Of a DNA stretch of 64,000 nt, positions 20,241 through 32,293 are shown in pieces. Origin of the DNA: Macrostomum lignano (taxonomy: Eukaryota); the NCBI GenBank assembly GCA_002269645.1, contig NIVC01000422.1, positions 62,001 to 126,000 of the forward strand, given 5' to 3'. How positions within the stretch are numbered: the first letter of the stretch is position 1; the number at the start of each line of letters is the position of its first letter. The notes under the pieces were generated by a model. It did no database searches and was not told the DNA's origin. It worked only from the letters and a program-made list of their open reading frames with translations. A program made the position numbers and the translations under genes.

Positions 20241-23200
20241 TCACGGTATGCCAGCGCCAGTCTCCACAACATTTTTATTATCTCCTGTGTACCAGTCGCC
20301 GCCGTAGGCCTGCTCCGGGTGCATGCTCTTGAACCAGCTGGTCTCTTTGAATAGGAACCAAAGGCTGCTGGCCCACAGGAATACGTTGGCGTAGCCGCAG
20401 ATCTGCATGCAATAAAGAAAAATAGAATTAAAAAAGGGACTCAAGTTTCTCACATAATATGAATCTCAAGGGGACTGAATCTGAATCTCATAGGGACTTA
20501 ATCTGAATCTCATAGGGACTTAATCTGAATCTCATAGGGACTGAATCTGAATCTCATAGGGACTGAATCTGAATCTCCTAGGGATTTGGGATAATCCGAA
20601 TCTCATTTGGGATAATCTGAATCTCATGGGGGTAATACGAATCTCTTGGAGAAAATCTGAATCTCATGGGGATAATCTGAATCCCATGAGGAATATCTGA
20701 ATCCCATGTGGATAATCTGAATCTCATTTGAGATAATCTGAATCTCATGAAGATAATCTGAATCCCATGAGGAATATCTGAATCTCATGGGGATAATCCG
20801 AATCTCATGGGGATAATCTGAATCTCATGGGGATAATCTGAATCTCATTTGGGATAATCTGATTCTGAAATCAGCATCCCCATAGCAAACAACAATGGCA
20901 TATCCAACTAACCAGTGAGATATTAAGACCAGTATAGGCAAACTCTTCAATATTTTTGCATTCGGCGGTGCCCCGGTAGTCGGGCAGACAGGCGGTGATC
21001 TGGTGGAACAGCCGGCTACTGTAGGTCTCCAGTTTAAGAAAGCTGACGCTGACCGACCAGGCAATGGAGGCGATGAACCACAGTATTGACCAGATGGCAG
21101 TCACGATGAAGTCCTGTTCGATTCATGACAGTTAGTTTTTGTAATGCGTCAGTATCAGCTGACTCGATCATCTCCTTTCTGTGGCCGTTAAGTTTTAACG
21201 TTTACTCTGTGCCAATTTACCTTGTTTCTCTTCCTTTTCTTTGTGTCCGTAACCTTCTCACTGTGTCTCTACCCCTTTTCTTGTGTTTCGACTCTATTCC
21301 GTGTCTCTACCCTTTCCCATGTCTCTACCCTTTCCCGTGTCTCTACCCTTTCCCCTGTCTCTACCCTTTCCCCTGTCTCTACCCTTTCCCGTGTCTCTAC
21401 CCTTTCCCCTGTCTCTACCCTTTCCCCTGTCTCTACCCTTTCCCCTGTCTCTACCCTTTCCCGTGTCTCTACCCTTTCCCATGTCTCTACCCTTTCTTCT
21501 GTCTCTACCCTTTCCCCTGTCTCTACCCTTTTACCCTGTCTCTACCCTTTCCCCTGTCTCTACCCTTTCCCATGTCTCTACCCTTTCCCGTGTCTCTACC
21601 CTTTCCCGTGTCTCTACCCTTTCCCCTGTCTCTACCCTTTCTTCTGTCTCTACCCTTTCCCCTGTCTCTACCCTTTTACCCTGTCTCTACCCTTTCCCCT
21701 GTCTCTACCCTTTCCCCTGTCTCTACCCTTTCCCGTGTCTCTACCCTTTCCCCTGTCTCTACCCTTTCCCCTGTCTCTACTCTTTCCCATGTCTCTACCC
21801 TTCTCCCCTGCGTCTCTACCCTTCTCCCCTGCGTCTCTACCCTTCTCCCCTGCGTATCTACCCTTCTCCCCTGCGTCTCTACCCTTCTCCCCTGCGTATC
21901 TACCCTTCTCCCCTGCGTCTCTACCCTTCTCCCCTGCGTATCTACCCTTCTCCCCTGCGTCTCTACCCTTCTCCCCTGCGTATCTACCCTTCTCCCCTGC
22001 GTATCTACCCTTCTCCCCTGCGTCTCTACCCCTCCCCCCCCTGCGTCTCTACCCTTCTCCGTCTTTTCTTAACTCTTTTCCTTGTGTCTCTACCATTTTT
22101 CATATGTATTTGTGTCTTTCCCATCTGTATTTGTGTCTGTTGACTGTCCTTGTGTCTTTCAAAATTTGTCCTTATCTTTCATATCTGTCCTTGTGTCTCT
22201 CCCGCATCAGTTGTTTTCCCACCTGTACTTCCAGCACAATCAAGCAACTCTCAACAAGAAGCCTTATCAAACGTCAAACTTACAATCTGCGGCACTCTAT
22301 CATTGTCGCGGTAAACATTGTCGAAAAACACGTATAGCACAGTGATGCCGATAGTGTATAGAAAAGCCATAACGCCGACAAATACATAGAACTGAGCAGA
22401 GGATGAATAACTGCCATATGGATAGTAGTCACCAGACGGTGCTAACGTCGTCAAAGCGTCTGTGCAAAACGGAGTCACCTTTGACTGGCTCTCCATATGA
22501 AATGGATAAGCGATCTGCACAGACACGCTGCCTTTAATATTTGAATTATATTTGCACGCGTAGTTAAACTTTAGTGTCGAGCTGTAGCCCGCGGTGGTGG
22601 CAAATGCCAAGATTGCAAACAGCTGCGGGAATATTCATATATATTTAAATGATGTCCTGGTGTGTCTTGGTGTGTCCTTATGTGTCCTGATGTCAGATGT
22701 CTTGTTGTGTCCTGATTTGTCCTGGTGTGTCCTGATGTCAGATGTCTTGTTGTGTCCTGATGTGTTTTGTTGTGTCCTGTTGTGTCTTGATGTGTCCTGA
22801 TGTCAGATGTCTTGTTGTGTCCTGGTGTGTCCTGTTGTGTCCTTATGTCCTGATGTGTCCTTATGTGTCCTGATGTCAGATGTCTTGTTGTGTCCTGATG
22901 TGTTTTGTTGTGTCCTGATGTGTCCTGTTGTGTCTTGATGTGTCCTGATGTGTCCTGATGTCTTCCGATGTGTCCTGATGTGTCTTGATGTGTTCTGTGT
23001 CCTGTTGTGTCCTGGTGTGTCTTGGTGTGTCCTTATGTCCTGATGTGTCCTTATATGTCCTGATGTCAGATGTCTTGTTGTGTCCTGATGTGTTTTGTTG
23101 TGTCCTGATGTGTCCTGTTGTGTCTTGATGTGTCCTGATGTGTCCTGATGTCTTCCGATGTGTCCTGATGCGTCTTGATGTGTCCTGTGTCCTGTTGTGT

Positions 23201-26200
23201 CCTGGTGTGTCTTGGTGTGTCCTTATTTCCTGATGTGTCGTGGTGTGTCTTGGTGTCCTGATGTATCTTGGTGTGCCATGATGTGTCCTGATGTGTCCTG
23301 TTGTGTCTTGATGTGTCCTGATGTCTCCTGGTGTGTCCTGATGTGTCCTGTTGCGTCCCGGTGTGTCTTGATGTGTCCTTATTTCCTGATGTGTCTTGGT
23401 GTGTCTTGGTGTCCTGATGTATCTTGGTGTGCCATGATGTGTCTTGGTGTGCCCTTATGTGTCTTTGTGTCTTCTCAATTCAATTACAAATTACAAAATC
23501 AATTACATAGTATTTCACAATCAAAAAATAAATGCAGGGAACTTACAAATTGAATTATTCGAATAACACCGCGTGGCTCTTTGAAGACTTCAACATTTCT
23601 TCCAGATAGCTATTAAAGTGAAATTTCAAAGTAACAATGTTTTTAATAATTTTATAAGTATATAATATTTTGTTCAAGAACTTAGAATACATTAGAATTA
23701 GACACAATACTATAGGAAATGAGCCCTAATTTAGCAAGTATATGACTCAAGAAATCAATATTAAAATAGATTTGTCACATTTTTTTATTTTGATCAAAAC
23801 TACATCTTGCATGTATTGCTATTAGTATTTATAATAAACTTGTCTGTTTTACATGTACAATATACAATAGATATTTATATTTCTTTTCAACTGTATTTAA
23901 AATGGCAATATATATATTTCTCTATTTACTTTAACTATTTTATATAGGTTTTCCAGAACAAATCTTTAAGACTTTAAAACAGAGACATTAGGCCTAATCT
24001 AAAAGTGACAATTGTTTAAATTAATATAATTATTATTATTAACTTCATTCAAATTTTCAGATTTTAACCCAATGCAATCCCAGCAATCAAAAAGACCGAC
24101 TGATAGCCAAATTGCAACTCAGTCAATTGTTACATTTGTGCTACTATATTTTCCTGAAGATAAGACATATTCTGCCATATCTTCAGCTTCAAGCCTTTTG
24201 CCAGCCAACTTAAGAAGTACTGATCTTAGAAAGCTGGAACTAAAGTCTATTATTAGACTTACTAACAACTTTTCTGGCCATGTGGTTGCTGCTAGTGTTA
24301 AAGAGTCTAAGTTAATTAAAGCGAAAGGAAGGCTGGAAAGCCAACTTAACTTAAGAAATGACAATTCTGTAGTTGAACTTTTGGCCTTACTAGATCACAG
24401 TGATGCCAATGATGATTTGGCTAGTTCTAGCGCTTTGGATAGTAGCTATGTAGCAAGTGCTAATGGTGCTAATGCTAATACTATTGGTGCAAGCCATGAG
24501 AATCAAGATAATGCTAGTAGTGAGGAAGAAGGAAGTGAATTGGACATTGAACCTAGTTCAGTTCAGTTTGGCAATGAGGAAAATGATCAACCTGAAGTAC
24601 AAAGTGCAGTTGTCTTTCAACTGAAAGAGCTAAACAATAAGCTAGCTAAGTCTATTCAGCTAAATGGCAAGATGCTAAAAACTCAAGAATCATATGTCAG
24701 TGAAACTTGAAAGCTTCGGAAAGCTATAGAATCTAGCAAGCAGTTTTCAGGTAATGTCAGTGAGCCAACCAAGCTACTGAAAACATTTAACCTGTCATTT
24801 TCAATGGTGTTATCTCGCTAGACTAGGCAATAGCAATCTGACTGCATCTGAATTTGGCATCCTAATTTCTCAGCACCTTTGGACTGATGATGAGTTGAAG
24901 AAATTTCGAGTTGGCTCTAAACGAAATACTCCTGGAGCTCGGCCTTCAATTGACTCTGTTGAAGGGCCAGGAAATGGCAATTTGTTCTTCCAAGCAGTCA
25001 GGAGCCATTTCCTGAAGGATGAGCTAGCTGTAACAACAGCACGTGATGCTGCAAACCAACTAGGAAATGATATTTGCCAAGGAATCTGTTGTCAAAAGAA
25101 TAATGAAAATGCTAAGAAAAACACCTTATCTGTTTTTTGGTTGCATTAACACTAACAGTTGAGTTGACATTCTCTTTTACTTGACACTAAGTTTTTCTAC
25201 TTAGTATATTTTTTACTAAATAGTTTTTCTATTTTGCCTGATAAGTGGACAGATGTAATGTCCATTTAGATAGTGTATAGTAGCTAAATAGGTTAGATAG
25301 ACCATAGTAATAAGTGCCTGTCTAAAATTTTAGGTCCATAAATAAAAGTGGTATAGTAATTATATCCTACTATACTCAATATGACACTAGTGTATTCTAG
25401 CATTTAGTAGAGGTGGGAATTTGAACTATTAACATCTTTTTGTAACTGTTGCTTATTTATTCTTTCCATTGAGGTGCTATAAATTAAATGTATTTTCAAT
25501 TAGCCATATGACATTTAACATATTTTTGTAACTGTTGCTTATAAATTTATTTATTATTAGGATATAGAAAATATCTCTAAAAATAAATTCATCATTCATT
25601 GTTTCTTTATGCAGAATTTAAAATTCATTATAGTTAGTTATGCCTAGTTTTTTTTAATAATTAACCAAGAGTTGTGCTAGATCTGCATTACATTGTATAT
25701 AATCATTTATCTTATCTTTGGGCAACAGTAGTATGTAAAAGTACGCTTCTAGGACAGATGCCTCCTATCAAACAGCACATTTGAAGGGCTAGAGAGGGGA
25801 TATGAGGGGGGATAAAAAAAACACAAATAAACACATCCAATCACCCACAACAATCAGGAAAAACCAAAAACACAATTAACATAGCCAATTAAGTTTGCTT
25901 AACAAAATCCTCCCCCTCGTATCCCCCTCCAGCCTTTCAAATCCATTGTTTGATAGGTGCACAGTCCTGTAAATGTACTTTTACATACTACTACATTAAG
26001 ACACACACCAACACTTCCATCTCCCATAACACTTCAAACACTTCCAATCACACACAAACTCTCTCTAACCCGTCGCCCACACTGCAGGCGCAAAGGGTCT
26101 GAAAAGAGCGGTTTTTTGTTACTAAAAATGAACCCTGTTTACAAGTTTTCTGTTAGTGATACTTTTGAGACTGTTGCTAAAAATTCAGAGATAATAAAAC

Positions 26201-29200
26201 AGCAAATACTGAATGGAATAATTGATAAATTTTACCTAAAATACGATGGCGGAAATGAACTAAAACTTTATCCACTTGAGTTGGATGGCTTCTTTTTCTT
26301 TTTTTTCGAATTCTCCAAAAGTAACTTTAACTTTTTCAAGATTGTTATAGGCTTGTTGAGGAGACATATTTAATGCCGAATGATATGAATTATTATAATA
26401 TTTCACCAGGAAGGCCATTTAGGTGTCAAAGATAAGATACTACTTTCTGAGCTGCTCAGAGTTCCAGAAAGAGCCCCACTTGATGTAATGCACTTGGTGT
26501 ACATTAATGTTTGCAGCAAAATGATCTACTTTGGAATCAGGAAAAAGTTGCTAGATAGGACTGCTGTATCTGCTAAGCTTGTAAATATTAAGGTGCCTCA
26601 ACATTTTACTAGAAAACCTAGAACTCTCTATGATCTTGCACACTGGAAAGTGAGTGAACTCAAGAATGCACAATTTCTGTATTTTATTGTTCCATTACTG
26701 CTCATCTTGGGTGCTTCAAAACAGCTTCTGTTTTTGTTGTCTCTCATTTTAATGGCAACTTATTTACTATCATCTGACTATGTTCAGCGCGATCAACTGC
26801 CATTAACAGAGTGCATGATTTATTGTTTTCAAGCTACTCTTGCTGCATGGTTTGGTGCAGAGTCTTGCACAATGTCAATTCATGCCCTGGAGCATCTTCC
26901 ATCGCAAGTGAAGGCCTATGGACCTTTGTGGTATACCTCAGCAGCTTTATTTGAAAGCTTTTTTGGGCGTTTGGTCTCTCAGATTCATGGGATGAGAAAT
27001 GAGATAGCAATTAGCTCGTATGATAAGAAATTTTCTTCGACGAAAGCAGACAACTAGAGATAGTGCTAGCTTGAATCCAAATCTTGGTGCATCAAGGACT
27101 TCTGAAAGTGACCATCAACATCAAATATTTGTAAACAGTAACACCTTTATGACACTGCATGCTGACAAGCATAAAAAACTGCTAACTACTTAGCTGTGGC
27201 TCAACTTTGCAGTCAGAGAATGTTCTCTGACAGTATCATCTGCCACAAGGGAAACTACTATTGTGAGTGCTTTGCCTTTAACAGTGTGCAATACTTTTGT
27301 CAGCGTGCGGGCTTCAGTGAAATGCAATGTAGTTCCCAATGTAGTTGCCATTGTAAGCCAAATGTGTCCTATTTACACATTGGCTCCTAGTTTTTATGTT
27401 ACTATAAATGCTAATCTACTCAAGGGGCATTTTATTTATATTTCTGCTGATTTTACTGTTTCTTTTGCTGTGCCTATAATAATAGATTTTGAGCATGATA
27501 AGGCAATTTCTTTGTATGTACAACACAACCAGTATAAGAAAAACGACATGAATTGTGCCAATGTCACCTCTCAAAGTGGCCATTATTTAACATTCCCACT
27601 GATACTGATCCTATGTACTGGTTGATATACTATATTAATTTTGCTATTTACTATTTTATATACTCTTGTACTATGTAAAAAATGGATATGATATCATTTT
27701 TATTCATCTTTTGGGTGTATTACCGATACTCAAATACTCATACAGCAACATTAAAAAGTTGCCACTCTATGCGCCAGTGAGTAATTTCTCTTAATACTAT
27801 TTACTATCCTGAAACTGATGATACAAGAAAACTGAGGGGTAGCTTTAATCTGTCCAGCCTTTGCATACTACTTCCCTACTTCATTCCTCAGCCTAAGTAT
27901 GCCATGTTAAGTTGCATAGTTAGTTGCGTCACTTGCAAAGACCGACTTTATCTGCACTCTCAAAAGTTGCAACCACAGATAGAATCTTCTATGATGGCTA
28001 CTTTTTAATGTTGCAGAGTATTATGTTGAGTTTAAACTTTTTTGCTGCTAGGTTGCTCTAGGTTGCTTCCTTATCTGTTTTTTGTCTTACAAATGTAACC
28101 ACAAACTAACAAAATTGTCATTTGTAATAAACTTTTATTCATTCATATTAGCATTTACTATTATATACATAGTGCATTTAAGGCCCTATTCAATACCTAT
28201 CTAAATAAGTTTCTATGGTGCTGTAGCCACCTAGGTAATACCTTTGGCAATATACTTTTCTGTTTGATACAAACAAATGTGATATAACAAACTTGCTAAC
28301 TATTATTTAACTTTGTTAAAACTTTGTTTAAAAGTTGTTAAATTCAAAAGAATAATTAAATATACAAAACTAGAGGCTTGCCTTACTTCCATTACCTAGC
28401 ATTAGTCTAGCATTTTAAAAAACAATGAGAAAAGTGCCACTTTAAAAAAAGTAACTTCCATTACTAGGTCAAAAGTGCTATAACTTTGCTCAATATTGCT
28501 AGGTACTTATAATTATAAAGCCTAGGTTATATACATAACCATTATAGATATAAGACTAATATACAAAATAAAGATTAAAGATTAGACATTCCTTTGGTTT
28601 ACATATCACCTTAAACAGTGACAATCACCTTAAACAATGATGATCACTACAAAAAACAGTTATAGGACATAAAATCTATAGTTTCTAATGAAACAAAATC
28701 AAATATTGGCAAACTAACTTTGTTTATTTCAAAAGATAGTAAGATTGTTGTAGCACCTTATATTTCACCTTCAGTTTACGATCACCCAAACGTATGTTGC
28801 CCATTAAAATGATTATGAACTGAAGCTAGCTATAAGAAAGTGTATTAAAGGTTGATATACTTTCCTACAGCTAGCTTCGGTTCACAATCATTTCAATGGA
28901 GTGCATGTGTAAAAGTGATCGTAAACCGAAAGTGAGGGGGGTGCGGCACTGAAGATTAATTATACTAAGCTAGCAATGATATGCTTTCCTACACCCAGCT
29001 TCAGATGATCATAAACCAAATGTGATATTATAAGCTACTAATGAACTAATGTACAAATCTCTTCAATTTCAAATAAATAGTTAGTTGATCAGCCAAATTT
29101 TGCTTTCTTTTCATTTGAAACTACTGTTAGTTTTTATGTCTTAGTTTTGAACGTGCCATTTTGTACTACAGTAAACAAAATATAAGGTGATCATAACCAA

Positions 29201-29623
29201 AACTAGAAAAATAGGTGATTGTAAACCAAAATTGGCAAAATTGACGGTGATCATAAACCAAAGGATTGCTGATTATATTATATACAAGGATTAAAAATAT
29301 AAGGATATATAGGCCTAGCCCTAGATATAAACCAATAAGGTCAAGGACATCTTTAATTATTGTAAATATAAATTAATAAATATATATCATCAATATAATT
29401 TAAAAGCATCTCGCCATGTAGGCTCCATTGAGCACACTGAGTTTTGAAATTAATCTGTATAAAGTTAAAGTTACTATACTATATTATATTATATTTACCT
29501 AGGCCTAAATTAGTTAAAGAATAACTAATAATAACTAAAGAATGAACTAAATTTAAAAGAATAAATAAGTGGGGTGAGGAAGTGTGTTTGGAAAATGCAT
29601 ACAGCTTTACTTACTGGATCCAT
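20241..29623 (-). CDS. SYP: Synaptophysin/synaptoporin family MARVEL protein, 5 coding exons
   Basis: Exons 29623..29615 (MDP), 23609..23547 (FKEPRGVIRIIQF), 22622..22284 (FAILAFATTAGYS...SSSAQFYVFVGV), 21113..20913 and 20402..20241 (NVFLWASSLWFLFKETSW), all phase 0 GT-AG. The 9-nt first exon is less certain, and the paralog identity (SYP/SYNPR/SYPL) cannot be resolved. Confidence 0.85.
20460..20860. repeat. ~20-bp minisatellite (GAATCTCATGGGGATAATCT)
   Basis: Fills SYP intron 4. Confidence 0.9.
21290..22060. repeat. 18-bp then 21-bp minisatellite (TGTCTCTACCCTTTCCCC / GCGTCTCTACCCTTCTCCCCT)
   Basis: Fills SYP intron 3. Confidence 0.93.
22650..23465. repeat. Degenerate ~10-bp repeat (TGTGTCCTGA)
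   Basis: Fills SYP intron 2. Confidence 0.9.
24072..27625 (+). pseudogene. Decayed EnSpm/CACTA (CMC superfamily)-type transposase region inside SYP intron 1
   Basis: 26400-27057 reads GHLGVK...PLDVMHLV...FTRKPRTL...HWKVSE...SIHALEHL...VKAYGPLWYTSAALFESF, the typical CMC transposase core. Flanking ORFs are broken and AT-rich; element ends were not found. Confidence 0.7.
25728..25990. mobile_element. MITE with ~90-bp imperfect TIRs, probable TA TSD, inserted in the transposase relic
   Basis: Left GTATGTAAAAGTAC...GGAC...CCTATCAAACA...GAGGGG versus right CCCCTC...TGTTTGATAGG...GTCC...GTACTTTTACATAC; TA flanks both ends. Confidence 0.75.
28591..29264. mobile_element. MITE with TIR CCTTTGGTTTA and 3-bp TSD ATT; internal subterminal repeats and a hairpin at ~28800-28900
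   Basis: ATT|CCTTTGGTTTACATATCACC ... GGTGATCATAAACCAAAGG|ATT; GGTGATCATAAACCAAA repeated about 5 times. Confidence 0.7.
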
Positions 29624-29927
29624 CCTTAGTCGCTAAGATGTTTTTTTGACAAACGCTACCGAATAAAGAATAGTTTAGTCAGGTCAGGTTCTCAGACCTC
29701 AGTCAGTTGATCCAGCTAATAAGTTGATAGGCCTAACTTCTTTGTTGTTTAGTATCACAAAAATGGTAATACCACTCTAAACAGCTTTTTGTGATTGCAA
29801 TGGGAAAATTAAGTACAGAGCTAAATTAAATTTGAGCGATAGTAAAGTTTTATGAATTGAAAATGCTTAAGGAGTAAAATGTGGATGTAGTTTGCTTTGG
29901 AGCGCGAGTTTTGACAATTATTATCCA

Positions 29928-30289
29928 GGGTCTCCCTAAAACACGCCCCGCACCGCCCTGCAGCGCTACACATTAAAACAAATTGGACTATAACTGAAGA
30001 CACTTCAAAATGCGTTTTCTGTTAAGCTTAAATTTTTTTATTAAATTTAGTTTTTTAAATTCGAAATTCGGTGACTAATAAGTGATATTAATAATAATAT
30101 TAATAAAATAATTTAGTAATGAAAACGAGAATATAAAAAATAATAATAATATTTAAAATAATAATTAAAGATATTTATTACATTACTCTTACAACAAATT
30201 GTTTTCTTTGCAATCAAATTCTGCATTGACAAAAAATGTTATAATGTGTAGCGGTTCGGGGCGGTGCGGTGCGTGTTTTAGGGAGACCC
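29928..30289. mobile_element. 362-bp MITE with ~55-bp TIRs and 8-bp TSD ATTATCCA (Merlin- or Mutator-like)
   Basis: TIR GGGTCTCCCTAAAACACG... at both ends; ATTATCCA at 29920-29927 and 30290-30297. Confidence 0.85.
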
Positions 30290-31598
30290 ATTATCCAAGA
30301 ATCGTAGTTTTCGTAGAAGTACTTTAACAAACGGTAAATAAAACATAAAAGTTTTTTATTAGTGTACATGCATATTTATATTATTGTTTTTCTATTACAT
30401 GTGATTTTGGGATAAGCCCACTTTACCATGTTCTACTTTTACCATTAGAAAGAGAAACGCGTTATGTGAAAAGCCATAACAATATATATTGTGGCGGCCA
30501 GACTGGTGCATGGCCGAGAGCAGGGCCCGCCTGTACACAGGCCCCTGCACGCCTGGCTGCTGGGGAGTTTTTGCCCAGCCAGCCAGTTCGATCTGACTCA
30601 CAACTCCCTAATTCTCGTTATGTATAAATAACTATAATGCTGAACAAATATACACAAGATCTTTTTGCTCGCTTGCTAGCTATACCAGCTACCACTCGCA
30701 AGCCGCTTCAATATGTTAAGCGAATGTGCTGTGATATAGCTGATGTTGTTCTTGATATATGAATTAAAAATGTACAGTTCGTATAATTAAGCGTTATATT
30801 ACATGGCATGTACAGTTCCTAGCTAGAGACCTGGACTAACTAGAGAAAATTGATCTGAAATTACATGTACGCCACATAATGTATATTTATTAATTTTCTT
30901 GCCGGACGCTGGCTGCAGGTGTTGTACCACGGTAACTTCTAGTTTTTCTAGCATTGGTCCTTTTGTTGCATTGCGTGAACAAAAATTGCATGTATCATAA
31001 AATTGGTAAGTTATTTATTTTATTTAAAATTTAAATTTTTTCGTAATGTCCTGCTGAAAAACTGCACACGTAGCGCTCATCTCAGCTGCGGCACAAGGAC
31101 CACTGTATATAGCTATACAGTGTATATATAGTAGCTATACAGTGTATACAGTATACAGTGATACAGTGTACCTAAGTTATATGTACTCGTACAAAGTAAT
31201 TGTAGTGTAAAGTTCACCTGAATTTAACTGACAATTCAGTACGGGAAAATTGAGACAATTCAATAAATTTCCCTGAATCCTGCAGTACTCTACTCTCAGC
31301 AATTAAATAAACAGTATAGCTTAATAAGCATTCTGTAGAATCTAAGAAACGATGCGGGGTCAGCTAGAAAGTATTTACTTGATCGGATTCCTTCAGATGC
31401 ACATAATTCTTATAATTACATCACATGCATTTTTATGTATCTTTGAAGAGGCCGCAAACCTAAAGAGACACCAATTTTATAGTAGATTTGGTTTTTTCGA
31501 AGGCGGCCCTTACTGTCTCTTGGTGGGAGCCTTTGTATCGTGGTGGACGCCACGGTCTTTTGGTAGGCCGCCCAATCTTCTGCGCGTACTGGGGAGGG

Positions 31599-31760
31599 GG
31601 GTGTTTCACAAACTCAAAATTTCACAACGTCGTAGAAAATGTAGAAAACTACTGCATAGTTCTTGTTATATTAATTTTTCGTCGTTGTGAAATTTCGATC
31701 TTGTAAAATTTTGACCTTATGAAGTCTTCGATGTTGAAATTTCGACCTTGTGAAAGCACC
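31599..31760. mobile_element. Short putative MITE (GGTGTTTCACAA ... TTGTGAAAGCACC)
   Basis: Short imperfect TIRs and internal AAATTTCGAC repeats. The TIR resembles the end at 17235-17246. Confidence 0.4.
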
Positions 31761-32293
31761 AGCCCCACGTACTCTGGTGGATGAGGCCATGTCCAAGTGG
31801 TGGCAAAACGTTGCTCTCCAGTCATTTCGTCGAGCTTCATGTTGGTTAATACTACAATTGTATTTAGTTTTTATTAGAACGTAATTTTTGGGGGGAGATT
31901 GGTATCAGACAGACAGTCTCTAAACATCAGTGTCTTGGCACGTGGAATGAAAATAATTGCAGCTAGGCATAGATGTTAGACAAGTTCAGCCCTCTGTCTC
32001 CTCAGTCTCTGCAGACTCATTGATCGTCGAATCCATCATCATTGGTTGCGGATGCTCTTCCATTAGGCGTAGTTGGCGGCGCCCTCAATGGCCTCAGCAG
32101 ATTAGCACCATCGTCGGCTTGTGCACCTTCTTTAGCACCACCGACTGCGCCATCCTCGTGAGCGTCATCAATAAAAACGAAACCACAGACTAGACAAACA
32201 GGGCCTCGATGCCGGCTGATGTAGATCTGTCTCCTGCGATGCCGAACGCAGCGACATATTCGCAAACGATGATTGGATTGAAGCATTTGATAG

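Noticed and set aside
21125-22337. Plus-strand 286-371-aa ORFs (CLYPFP, VSTLSP)
   Set aside because: Minisatellite translations within synaptophysin intron 3.
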